Origin: Bacteriovoracia bacterium
GTDB lineage: Bacteria; Bdellovibrionota; Bacteriovoracia; Bacteriovoracales; Bacteriovoracaceae
Length of the DNA stretch: 64,000 nt
NCBI GenBank assembly: GCA_046570105.1
Contig: JBKHVI010000002.1
Span: 74,737 to 138,736 of the forward strand
Direction: 5' to 3'
Positions within the stretch are counted from its first letter, which is position 1; each line of letters opens with the position of its first letter. Positions 28,101 to 37,098 of the stretch are shown piece by piece. Position numbers and translations under genes: made by a program. The notes below the pieces were generated by a model. That model saw nothing but the letters and a program-made list of their open reading frames with translations. It made no database searches and was not told where the DNA came from.

Positions 28101-28780
28101 CGAGCGGCCTTGCGCTCAGAACGATTGTAGGCCGGCAGTGCCCAATGCCAAGTAGCAAGATTCCATTCGCTAGGAACCACTGAGGGAGCAGTGTAATTCA
28201 TGCCACCCCCACTGACCTCACGAAATCCAATCTCAAGAGGCTGATAGAAAAAACGAGGTGCGGCGGTGTAATAACACTGGTTACGCACGCGATCGACGTG
28301 GCGATAGCCCTCACTTGCGTTACGCTCTTCCACATATTCCATCGGGTCATTGATTTCCATGCAAACTTCCGGCTCTTTCATGAGTGAGCCTGCCCACTCT
28401 TGCAGTGGCATGGCACGATCTGTAAAAGTTGGATCCATCACCCACAGTTCTCCATTTACACGAACGGCCGGAGCGGTATGGAACCACCAGGTAAAGGCGC
28501 GGCCCCAACGTGTGGTTACTCGATGTTTCATTTGGAACTTATAAGTGAAATAGAGAAAGACCTTCTCCATCGTCACTTTGTGGACTTTTTCGGCCCGCAA
28601 GGCCCACATGTGAGCACGTTCGAAACACTCCGAGTACTCATCCATTTTGGCGTTTTCTATCTTTAGATCTTTAAAAATGACTTGGGCGGTCTCAGGGGTT
28701 ATCTCCTGTGAGCTCAAGGGATAAAGTTGGGCCCAGGCCGGTAAGGCCATAAACAAAAAAAGATAAGTCAGATGACGCAC
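28082..28780 (-). CDS. Secreted protein-glutamine glutaminase family protein (likely GTG start at 28780)
   Basis: Cys-His-Asp motifs CFERAH, WWFHTAP and VMDP; signal peptide MRHLTYLFLFMALPAWA with SD AAGGAG. Confidence 0.75.
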   Translation of the reverse strand: MRHLTYLFLFMALPAWAQLYPLSSQEITPETAQVIFKDLKIENAKMDEYSECFERAHMWALRAEKVHKVTMEKVFLYFTYKFQMKHRVTTRWGRAFTWWFHTAPAVRVNGELWVMDPTFTDRAMPLQEWAGSLMKEPEVCMEINDPMEYVEERNASEGYRHVDRVRNQCYYTAAPRFFYQPLEIGFREVSGGGMNYTAPSVVPSEWNLATWHWALPAYNRSERKAARQAMGF

Positions 28781-28946
28781 AGAAAACTCCTTGAAGGGGA
28801 TGTGCGAAATTAGCATAAACAAGGAGAATTTTGCGATGCGTGAGAAGTTTTTACATGTGTCGAGAAATTCGACGGCCCTGTAAGACCTTGTAAGAAAAAC
28901 TTTGACTAACCCCTAGAAAATACAATAGTGTCCGGCCTCATAAAAC

Positions 28947-28962
28947 AGGCAAGCCGTTTGCT
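28947..28962 (+). promoter_or_regulatory. Candidate sigma54 (-24/-12) promoter of the ATP-grasp operon
   Basis: AGGCAAGCCGTTTGCT, with exact GG-N10-GC spacing and TTGCT at -12. Confidence 0.55.
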
Positions 28963-29095
28963 ACTAAAGCCTCACTTACTTCAGGTTTGAAGGCCCTTTG
29001 GCGTGCAAAAAGTTCACGGTTTAGGGGTGTTTTGCGCACAGTGTCACTTTTAAGAGTTTAATAAGGTCAAACGGATATATACAGCGAGGTTTAAC

Positions 29096-32000
29096 GTGTC
29101 TAAAGCAAAGAATCAGCGCCAGGGTGTGAGCTACGATCCTAACTTAGGCTTTATCGGCCAAGTTAAAGTGGACGTGTCTAACTACCTTTTCAGTTCGCGC
29201 CGTCGACGTTCTGCTTATAATCACACCAAGCCTTTGGTGAAGTCACTTTTAGGCCGTGACATTAATGAGCATCATTCTGAATCTCAGAAGCTCACTAAGT
29301 TTATTCGTAAGCGTGACCTGACTTTCCAAAAGAGTACCAAAGACGGCTCATACAAGATCTTCACTGTTCCTTGTACGACGACGGTTGTTCCTTTGCAGAA
29401 GAGCATGTTCAATCAAATCGAGCGTTCAGCTCAAGCGTTGATTGTTTCTCTTCGCGCTGTGATCCAAGATATCTACGGTTCTAAATCAGTTAAAGATTCT
29501 GCTTTTGTAAAATCACTTCCCAAAGAAGTGCGCCAAATCTTTATTGAAGCAGTAGAAACATCTCCAAACTACTTCACGCAATTACATCACCCGAATATGA
29601 AGAAGTACCCCTTCTTCGATAACGTCGGATTGGACCTAGTTCTCGTGGAAGATTATCTTCAAGAAGCTGAGAACTTCGATAAACTCTTGCGTGCAGGTGC
29701 AGTCTCTGAACTTCCATTACCTTTCCGCATCCTTGAATTAAATGCAGGCTCACCTTCTGGTGCTTCTAACAATATGAACGTGCTCGAAGGTCTCTACGAG
29801 CAGTCACCTGAGACTTTGAACAGTCTTGGTAAATTAATGCCAAATGATCATTTCAAAGTGTTGGCGGAAACTTATAAAACTTTGGGTGAAGACTGGACTG
29901 GTATTAAAGACGGTGTACAAGTTATTCTTCCTCCCGGCGGCCTTAATGGTGCTGCTCCGGAAATTCACAACCTCGCGGCCTATTCTGGAATGGTTTACGC
30001 TGATCCAGTCCAGTTGTTCTGCGATGAGAAGGGTTTCATTCGCCTTCGCACGATCAATGGTTCAAACCCCATCGTAACCGCGATCTACTCACGCATTAAC
30101 GCAGACTCTGCTTTATTTGATCCAGCAAAAGACTTGATCTTGCGTGATGCAGATTCTGGCGAGCCGATTTATCTTCGCGACTCATTAAAGCTGGGTGCTG
30201 ACGGTAAAGCTCCGTTGGTTCTTGATGTGGATGGCAACCCTATCCCACTCCAATCTGACTACGCGATTCCTAATCTTTTGGAAGCCATTCTTAACCGTCG
30301 CATTTATATGGGTGGATTGAATCGCATTCTTGATAACAAAATTATTCTCGCGGCCCTTACAACTTACGCACCTATGTTCTTTGAGAAGCGTTTGCGTGAA
30401 TTGAATCTGGCACCTGCTGATGCCCGCATCACTCCACCAGAGACTCTTCCCTCATGTGCGGAATCAGTTGATATCATCGCTAAGAACCCAGACGAATGGG
30501 TTATCAAAGCACCTAACCTCTCAGGCGGTACTGGTGTTTATATCTTGAAGACACTCTCAAAAGAGCGTCGTGAAGAAGTTCTTGAGATGGCCCAGAAAGA
30601 TCCGAAGCATTTTGCTTACCAGCGTTTGGTAAAAATCGCTCGTATCCCAGTTACAACTAATAGCAAAGAAGGCACACGCTTTGCGAACCTCGCTGCTGAT
30701 ATCCGCTTGTGGATCTTCTTTGGCGGCGGCGCTAAAGCTCTGCCAAAAATGACTCACAATGCATTGGTTCGCTACGCTCCTCAAGAGCGCGGACCGATGA
30801 GCTCAATCGTTAACACATCAAAAGGCGGCGGTTACGCTCCGTTTGTGGTGGTAGATGATATCAACTCTCCAGACTCTGTGACAGCAGCTGAAATGGTACG
30901 TCCGAAGTATCCAGCTCCGTTGATGACTCACCTTCCAATGTTCGTCGCAGCTCAATTGATCCAAGTTTCTCGCTTGGGTCTTGAGATTCGCCGTCAGCTT
31001 CTCACTGATCGCGCAGATTCGTACGAGCTTTTGGGAATTACTCTTTCATTGAAACTTCAGTGCCGCGAGATCATGAGTTTCCTCAATCCTCGCGCCATCG
31101 AGCCGGTTTATAAATTGATTGATACGCTTGAAGCAAAACAAGCTAAAAAAGAAATTGCCGCCTACTTCCAGTTGGTTCATGGCAACCACATTAAGATGGT
31201 TTCTGTGCTTCAACGCTTGGAATCTAAGGGTAAACTTCCAAAGGGCTTCCGCGACAATCTTGATCAGTTGAATATCCTAAACGAAGACATTCTCTCTCAG
31301 TGCTACGCTGAAGAGCATCGTAAGTCAGACAAGAAAGGCCTTAAAGTCTTGCGTGAGATGATGCTCGCAGTGAAAGGCGATAAGAAAACCATCTCTGACG
31401 CAAAGACTGTTATGTCTCTTCTTGCATCAAGCGTAAATGCACGCTTCCCGCATGAAATCTTGAGCGGAAAAACTGCTCAGAATATGGTGAAGATGATTGA
31501 AACTTTCATGCAGATGGTGCGTGAGCGTTTACAAAACTCAGAAAAAGCGATCGAGTTCGCTAAGATCTTTAATACCGATATGGTTCACCCTGACTTGGCC
31601 TTTGAAACATTTGGTCTTGCCGATAACAAAGATGGCCGTCTTTTGACCGCTTCTCAGCGTGAATTTGCTACCGGTGAACTTCTGACTGAATCTGAGTTTG
31701 TTTCAGCTGAACTCAAGTCAATCCGCGCTCAGTGGTTGCCGGTCATGGCAGAAGCTAAAAAAATTCGTAACAGCGCAGAGAGAGAAGCTTTCTTAACCAA
31801 GAAGCGTGCCGCTCACTTTAAGAAATTCCCTATCCTTGCTCGCTACCAAGAGCTCATGGGCAACACTTCTGCAGAATTGAAAGACTTGATTGAGCTCATG
31901 CCGATCATGCCTTACGCGCACTACAACCTTTCGATGCTCGCTAAAAAACAAGGCGTCACCATCGAAGAGATTTTCTCTGATAAACTTACCCCTAACAAGA

Positions 32001-32836
32001 TCTCTATCTTGTCGAGTAAGCAGATCCGCGAGAATCATCTCTCTGCTCAAGACCATGCTGGTGAGTGTTTTGCTAAAAAACGTAAATCACACGGCCTCTT
32101 CTCTGACTCAGATATCTTTATCTGGGTTCGTAAAGAACTTGATCCGATGACTCAGCTCTATACGGCGGGCCATGAAGTGATTCACTATCACCAGATCGAA
32201 GAAACCACGCGTATGGAAGCCAATGCGCTTTCAAACGGTGCGATTGCTCAAGCTTACTTCTTGAACTTCTACGGTAACTTCTTAGGCATCTCAAATGCCT
32301 CGCTAGAAGGTCTCTCGCTGGATATCGCAGTTGAGCGCCAACCACTCTATGGTTTGGCCGACCGAATGATCCCTCACTTCTTCTCTAAAGTTGTGACGGA
32401 AGTTCGCTTGGCAATCAATAGCTCTCGCGAGACTTACGACAAGATGCTCGACAAATACGGCTCATTGTTTGGCTATATGATGCCAAACTCTTCTCAGGTT
32501 CGTGTGAAAGCCCTCCAAGAGATTTTACCAGCACTTGAAAACGCCAAAAACATTCGCTTCGCTAAAGAGTTGGGTTTGAATGTTTCTTGGGATGAAGTCC
32601 GCTCAGCGGTACCTTCGGCTAACAATGCCCAGGTCAAAGCACTGACGCCAAAGATTGAGCGCGCCATTGCCACGGCTGCGGTTGATTACGAAGCCCTAAT
32701 CGCTATCGGTAACCACCAGTTCTACGGTGTATCTTTCGGCTACAAGATCCCAGCGAAAGAAACATTGCGCCTGCGCCCAATCTTGGGAGTAGTGAGCTTA
32801 GGTAACAGTTATAACCAAACGCAACAACAGCAATAA
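29096..32836 (+). CDS. Circularly permuted type 2 ATP-grasp ligase fused to a helical region and a C-terminal HEXXH zincin domain; ends in QTQQQQ
   Basis: DIYG, GLDLV, ILELNAGSPSGAS, ILPPGGLN, IYSRIN, LDNK, VIKAPNLSGGTG, ADIR and VNTSKGGG match CP-ATP-grasp motifs; TAGHEVIHY at 32171-32185. Confidence 0.85.
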   Translation: MSKAKNQRQGVSYDPNLGFIGQVKVDVSNYLFSSRRRRSAYNHTKPLVKSLLGRDINEHHSESQKLTKFIRKRDLTFQKSTKDGSYKIFTVPCTTTVVPLQKSMFNQIERSAQALIVSLRAVIQDIYGSKSVKDSAFVKSLPKEVRQIFIEAVETSPNYFTQLHHPNMKKYPFFDNVGLDLVLVEDYLQEAENFDKLLRAGAVSELPLPFRILELNAGSPSGASNNMNVLEGLYEQSPETLNSLGKLMPNDHFKVLAETYKTLGEDWTGIKDGVQVILPPGGLNGAAPEIHNLAAYSGMVYADPVQLFCDEKGFIRLRTINGSNPIVTAIYSRINADSALFDPAKDLILRDADSGEPIYLRDSLKLGADGKAPLVLDVDGNPIPLQSDYAIPNLLEAILNRRIYMGGLNRILDNKIILAALTTYAPMFFEKRLRELNLAPADARITPPETLPSCAESVDIIAKNPDEWVIKAPNLSGGTGVYILKTLSKERREEVLEMAQKDPKHFAYQRLVKIARIPVTTNSKEGTRFANLAADIRLWIFFGGGAKALPKMTHNALVRYAPQERGPMSSIVNTSKGGGYAPFVVVDDINSPDSVTAAEMVRPKYPAPLMTHLPMFVAAQLIQVSRLGLEIRRQLLTDRADSYELLGITLSLKLQCREIMSFLNPRAIEPVYKLIDTLEAKQAKKEIAAYFQLVHGNHIKMVSVLQRLESKGKLPKGFRDNLDQLNILNEDILSQCYAEEHRKSDKKGLKVLREMMLAVKGDKKTISDAKTVMSLLASSVNARFPHEILSGKTAQNMVKMIETFMQMVRERLQNSEKAIEFAKIFNTDMVHPDLAFETFGLADNKDGRLLTASQREFATGELLTESEFVSAELKSIRAQWLPVMAEAKKIRNSAEREAFLTKKRAAHFKKFPILARYQELMGNTSAELKDLIELMPIMPYAHYNLSMLAKKQGVTIEEIFSDKLTPNKISILSSKQIRENHLSAQDHAGECFAKKRKSHGLFSDSDIFIWVRKELDPMTQLYTAGHEVIHYHQIEETTRMEANALSNGAIAQAYFLNFYGNFLGISNASLEGLSLDIAVERQPLYGLADRMIPHFFSKVVTEVRLAINSSRETYDKMLDKYGSLFGYMMPNSSQVRVKALQEILPALENAKNIRFAKELGLNVSWDEVRSAVPSANNAQVKALTPKIERAIATAAVDYEALIAIGNHQFYGVSFGYKIPAKETLRLRPILGVVSLGNSYNQTQQQQ

Positions 32837-32845
32837 GGTCACCTT

Positions 32846-35074
32846 ATGGATATGACTACGACAACAACGATGGCCCCGCCAGTCTCAGAAGGACTGAAGT
32901 TTTTGTTGGGACAATCACATCAAAATCTTTTCGCACTTCTCGAAGAAGTGGTGATTAATGGTGGTGTAAAGTCACTTGGAATTAAAGAAAAAGTACGCGC
33001 AATTCGCCGTGAAGGTGATGCTTCAGGTTTTCGCTATATTGCCGAAGACTGGTTCCAAGGTCATTTGCTCTTAAGCTTTTCTTCTGCTGGAGGATTTGTT
33101 CTTAACACCGCTCTCGCCCAAGACGGCATGGTGACTGAGAAATGGGATATCTATAATGTGAATGGTGAACTCGAAGCCACTCACTACATCGCTCCTGCAA
33201 CCGTTGGTGCTGGCGAAGCCATGGAAATGGATCTCGCATGCCCACTACTAGATCTGCTATATAACTTCCTTGCCTCTGAATATGGCAAGGCCGGTACTGC
33301 TGAAGTTCAATCACATATGGTTCATACCATTGAGCGTTTTTTGCGCCTTCGCTACAAAGCAATGGGCTCTGAGCGTCGTCGTGATCCATTAATCCGTCAC
33401 GTCTTCCACAAAATGCTCATCATCGAAGCTGATCCTGTTCTCAATTGGGATGAACGCCAACTGGTTTATGAAGGTTTGATGGGTGGATTGAAGCGTGTCC
33501 TGCAAGTGAAGCGTCGTGCTCATGGCCGTGGAATGATTTCTCAATCAATCGAAATGCTGCGCTTTAAATGGGCCTCATTTGCTCGCCGCTTTAAGGCCCG
33601 TCCTTGGAATAACTTTCAAGGGATGTTCTATCGCTACACTATCGCTAAGATTATTTGGTTCTGCTCAACGGTAAAAGGCAACCTCGGTTACTCTGTTGCC
33701 CTGGCCGTTTATGGCCCATTTACCTATTACTTCATCACCATGCCGATGAACCCACATGCCATGCAAGCGGTGGGCACAGTGCGCTCTACTTACCTTGATA
33801 TCAAGAGTGGCATCACACACGTAAAAGACATCTTTAACGGCATTCCCCATTCGATTAACGATGTTGAAGTTAAAATCCCTGAGGCCCCTACTGCGATCGT
33901 GAGTGCACCCCAGGCGACTGCTGCTGGAAGTGAACCTGTCACTCCTCCATCGGTAAACCCAAACTTTATTAGCATCTCGCATGTCACTTTAGATGCAAAT
34001 GTGAAATTCCCAGTCGTACTAGACGGTAAAACGACCAGCGTGGCGCCGACCTATTTAAATCTACTTCTTTCTCCCGATGTTCCAAGCATCGATAAGATAG
34101 AATGGTCTGAACGCATGGGGAACTTCAAGCAAATGCAAATTGCTTACGAAGAGTCGATGGAATATGCCCCACGTATGGGTCGCTTAGAGCAACTTGAAAC
34201 TCAGTACAACTTCCCTATGGTAGTAGAGAGTGCCTGGGAAGAGATGGAGCGCTATAATAACCGTATTTTCAAGATACGTTCAAAAGAACAGAATCTTTCT
34301 CCCAAGATGAAGCAGTTCCTGACTAATGAAGTGAACCGCACCCAACAACTCGAGCTTTATCTTTGGGATCGCTTAGCACGCTTTATCCTTGATCAGCCCT
34401 ATGTCATGTTGGATGAAGCCCAAGAACAAAAACGCAGTGACTATTATGTCGGCCGTGCCTTTGTATTCATGGAAGAGATGACGCAAGTGTTGGGTTGGCG
34501 CTATCCAGACTTCAAAAAACCGCATGGCTATGAAAAAATCGTCAAAGCGGCTTCTAAGTATAAGTCTGAGCGCAAAGAGCAAGGAAATATCCTCGCCAAC
34601 CTTAAAGCGAACTCGGATCTTTTCCGTCAGAAAGATGCATACTCGACTACCGAGTTTCGTTCATACATGAAGCGACAGTGGGAAATTCTCTTCTTGCAAA
34701 ATGCTAAAGCGGAAGAAGCCAGTAATAATGGTTTGAACATGTACATCTGGAGTGTGCGTAACACGGTATGGTGCTTGCAATCACTTTACTCAGCTAAACG
34801 CCAAGAGCTTGAGCTCTTGATTGAACAAGACCTCACGGGTTCGTTGGATGGATTATCCCAGACTGAACTTGCCAAGACCGAGCTTCTACAAGAAACTTTA
34901 TTCCATAACCTCACTATGGAGTGGATTGGAGTGAAAGAAGAAATGGGCTCACGCTTAGCTAAGGATATTGAAACAGTTCAGCGTCGTGTGGTGATAGATA
35001 ACTTGAAAGAGTCACTTCATGATCGCGCGAAAATTCTCAATCAATTTAATCCACAGGCACAGGCGAGTCGATGA
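32846..35074 (+). CDS. Large membrane-anchored hypothetical protein
   Basis: Basic stretch, then a hydrophobic segment (YSVALAVYGPFTYYFITM), a Pro/Thr/Ala linker and a long helical C-terminal domain; 9 bp after the ligase gene. Confidence 0.75.
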   Translation: MDMTTTTTMAPPVSEGLKFLLGQSHQNLFALLEEVVINGGVKSLGIKEKVRAIRREGDASGFRYIAEDWFQGHLLLSFSSAGGFVLNTALAQDGMVTEKWDIYNVNGELEATHYIAPATVGAGEAMEMDLACPLLDLLYNFLASEYGKAGTAEVQSHMVHTIERFLRLRYKAMGSERRRDPLIRHVFHKMLIIEADPVLNWDERQLVYEGLMGGLKRVLQVKRRAHGRGMISQSIEMLRFKWASFARRFKARPWNNFQGMFYRYTIAKIIWFCSTVKGNLGYSVALAVYGPFTYYFITMPMNPHAMQAVGTVRSTYLDIKSGITHVKDIFNGIPHSINDVEVKIPEAPTAIVSAPQATAAGSEPVTPPSVNPNFISISHVTLDANVKFPVVLDGKTTSVAPTYLNLLLSPDVPSIDKIEWSERMGNFKQMQIAYEESMEYAPRMGRLEQLETQYNFPMVVESAWEEMERYNNRIFKIRSKEQNLSPKMKQFLTNEVNRTQQLELYLWDRLARFILDQPYVMLDEAQEQKRSDYYVGRAFVFMEEMTQVLGWRYPDFKKPHGYEKIVKAASKYKSERKEQGNILANLKANSDLFRQKDAYSTTEFRSYMKRQWEILFLQNAKAEEASNNGLNMYIWSVRNTVWCLQSLYSAKRQELELLIEQDLTGSLDGLSQTELAKTELLQETLFHNLTMEWIGVKEEMGSRLAKDIETVQRRVVIDNLKESLHDRAKILNQFNPQAQASR

Positions 35075-35955
35075 AAAGCCTTTTTCTTGCTGCCGCACTA
35101 TTTATTGGTGCGGCTTCAGCTCATGCCCAAAATAGAAGCCAAACCCGCTTTGAAGATAAAAGCTTTTGGAAAAAACTCGCTCGCGAAATTTCGCTTGGAT
35201 ATTATTTCTCACTAATGGGTCCATCTCCGGCGCTACCTGCGGATCAAACTTATAACGTTTTTTTAGAAGACAAGAGTCCCCAGCAGACCTTCCACTCATT
35301 AAATTTGCGATGGCAGTTTGCTGCTCAGTGGGCAATGGGGATTACTCTCTCAGGCGTTCATCATCACACTTCCCCAGTTAAAACTGAGCAAGGTTTTATC
35401 AACGATAACAATCGAACTATGTTCGACTCACGAGTTTATTTAGCGGTGCCCAGTGTTGATCTTGGCTTCGCTTATATGTTTAATAATTTTGCTCTCGAAG
35501 TACCAACCACTCCTATTTCTCGTGATAATGAGATGCGTTTTGGGATGGTTCTCTCACAAACTATTTCATTGAAAGATATGCCAAAGAAATTCTCGGCCGG
35601 ATGGCTCACTCAGCTCATCCGTTACGAATATAAACGCTCGACACTCCCACCGCCATTTGTCGGTGGTCTCTCGACTCCCCTGCAAACAACATTACTTACT
35701 ACCGGCCCTTATTTGAATTATCAATTGGCCGAACAATGGCAGATCGCTAGTATTCTTTCTTTTGACTGGGATCAACGTGGTAACCAAACTGATACTTTAG
35801 AATTTAACAATAATCTTCCAGATCGCTTCCGTTTGGCCTTGAACTATTTCTTTAGAACCAAGCCATTCACTCATGTCGGTGTCTACGTTCAAACCAACAC
35901 GAAACCACGTGACGATAATACCATCGTCGGTCTCGACTTCTCTCTGCTATTCTAA
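35071..35955 (+). CDS. Putative outer-membrane beta-barrel protein
   Basis: Signal peptide ending AHA, amphipathic strands and C-terminal VGLDFSLLF; ATGA-coupled to the upstream gene. Confidence 0.65.
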   Translation: MKSLFLAAALFIGAASAHAQNRSQTRFEDKSFWKKLAREISLGYYFSLMGPSPALPADQTYNVFLEDKSPQQTFHSLNLRWQFAAQWAMGITLSGVHHHTSPVKTEQGFINDNNRTMFDSRVYLAVPSVDLGFAYMFNNFALEVPTTPISRDNEMRFGMVLSQTISLKDMPKKFSAGWLTQLIRYEYKRSTLPPPFVGGLSTPLQTTLLTTGPYLNYQLAEQWQIASILSFDWDQRGNQTDTLEFNNNLPDRFRLALNYFFRTKPFTHVGVYVQTNTKPRDDNTIVGLDFSLLF

Positions 35956-35962
35956 TCTAAGC

Positions 35963-35990
35963 AAAAAAAAAGGGGCCTAAAAGGCCCCTT
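35963..35990. terminator. Terminator between convergent genes
   Basis: AAGGGGCCT-aaa-AGGCCCCTT with an A tract. Confidence 0.8.
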
Positions 35991-36014
35991 AACTATCGGT
36001 GCGAATGCAACCAA

Positions 36015-36884
36015 TTATGGATTGTAGTCGCGGTAATTTCTAAATGCTTCTTCGCGAGCTTCGCGAACTTCATTTAAATTCCAGTTCAATTCTTGACGGC
36101 CTTGAGTCTCAAGAAGTTCAAGATCGGCCGGTGAGCGGTAGTACATGCTGGCCTTGATCAAGTAACAATCTTGTGTCCATTGATTTTGACGGTACTGAGA
36201 GTATCTCTCAACAGTAGGACAGGCCGCGCTGTTTTTCATAAACATATCTGTCCAAGGGCGCATTTGAGTTGGGCCACGAGAATAAGAAACATCCATTACG
36301 TGTTCAACTGGACCGCTACTCGTTTGCACAACTACAAATGGAGCAACATGGAACCACCACTTATAACGGTAAGCCTTGATGTAGCGCTGAGTGAAGAAAA
36401 TGAAAACTTTCATTGAATTCACACCAGACATTCTCCACATATCATATGACCATCCATGAGCGCGGTTGAAACACTGTGACCAGCGCTTAGTATTTCCGTC
36501 TTGGCGATTAAACAAACTCTGAGCATCACTGAGAGAATTCATTACTGTTGGAGTATAGAATGATTTTTCATCACTCTTAGCTTCAAAGCTCACTTCATCG
36601 GTGGCAACTTCTAAAAGTTCTGCTCCAAAGATTTTGCCACTTTCATTATCAAAGCGAAGGGCCACATTGAGGCCTTCTTTTTGAGCTTCTTTCAAAGCAT
36701 TCAACATGACTTCGTCTTTAGCGTCGGCCCACAACACACGGCCTTCGTTTTCGGCAAAAACCATAACTTCTTTGTCACTTATTTCAGGGGTAGCGACATT
36801 AACGAGCCGTGTTTTGAGCTCGGCAGCTGAGACCAGCTGAGAGGCGAATAATAGGGCCATAGGGGCCAGCAGCAGCTTTTTCAT
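36015..36884 (-). CDS. Secreted protein-glutamine glutaminase family protein with N-terminal extra domain
   Basis: Signal peptide; motifs CFNRAH, WWFHVAP and VMD; paralog of 28082-28780. Confidence 0.78.
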   Translation of the reverse strand: MKKLLLAPMALLFASQLVSAAELKTRLVNVATPEISDKEVMVFAENEGRVLWADAKDEVMLNALKEAQKEGLNVALRFDNESGKIFGAELLEVATDEVSFEAKSDEKSFYTPTVMNSLSDAQSLFNRQDGNTKRWSQCFNRAHGWSYDMWRMSGVNSMKVFIFFTQRYIKAYRYKWWFHVAPFVVVQTSSGPVEHVMDVSYSRGPTQMRPWTDMFMKNSAACPTVERYSQYRQNQWTQDCYLIKASMYYRSPADLELLETQGRQELNWNLNEVREAREEAFRNYRDYNP

Positions 36885-37098
36885 GGATGAGAATCTCCCT
36901 TAAGGTTAAATCTTGTAGGGGGCTTATAACGTGGCAGGCCACTGCTTAGCAATACGAGTTTTTAGAAATCAAGGAGTTGCGCTGTGCGTCACTGTGAAAA
37001 ATATACTAGATACCCGAAATAATTAGGATTACCCCCCCTGTAATTTGGTATAAGGCAGTGCATAAAACATTTAGTTTATCCCTCATCAGGAGATCGAT

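Noticed and set aside
28902..28926. TTGACT...TACAAT sigma70-like hexamers
   Set aside because: Spacer is only 13 bp
34170..34200. MGRLEQLE in the 742-aa protein as an alpha-E domain motif
   Set aside because: Only a loose resemblance to the GRYxERAE pattern, and it lies on the probable periplasmic side; needs a profile search
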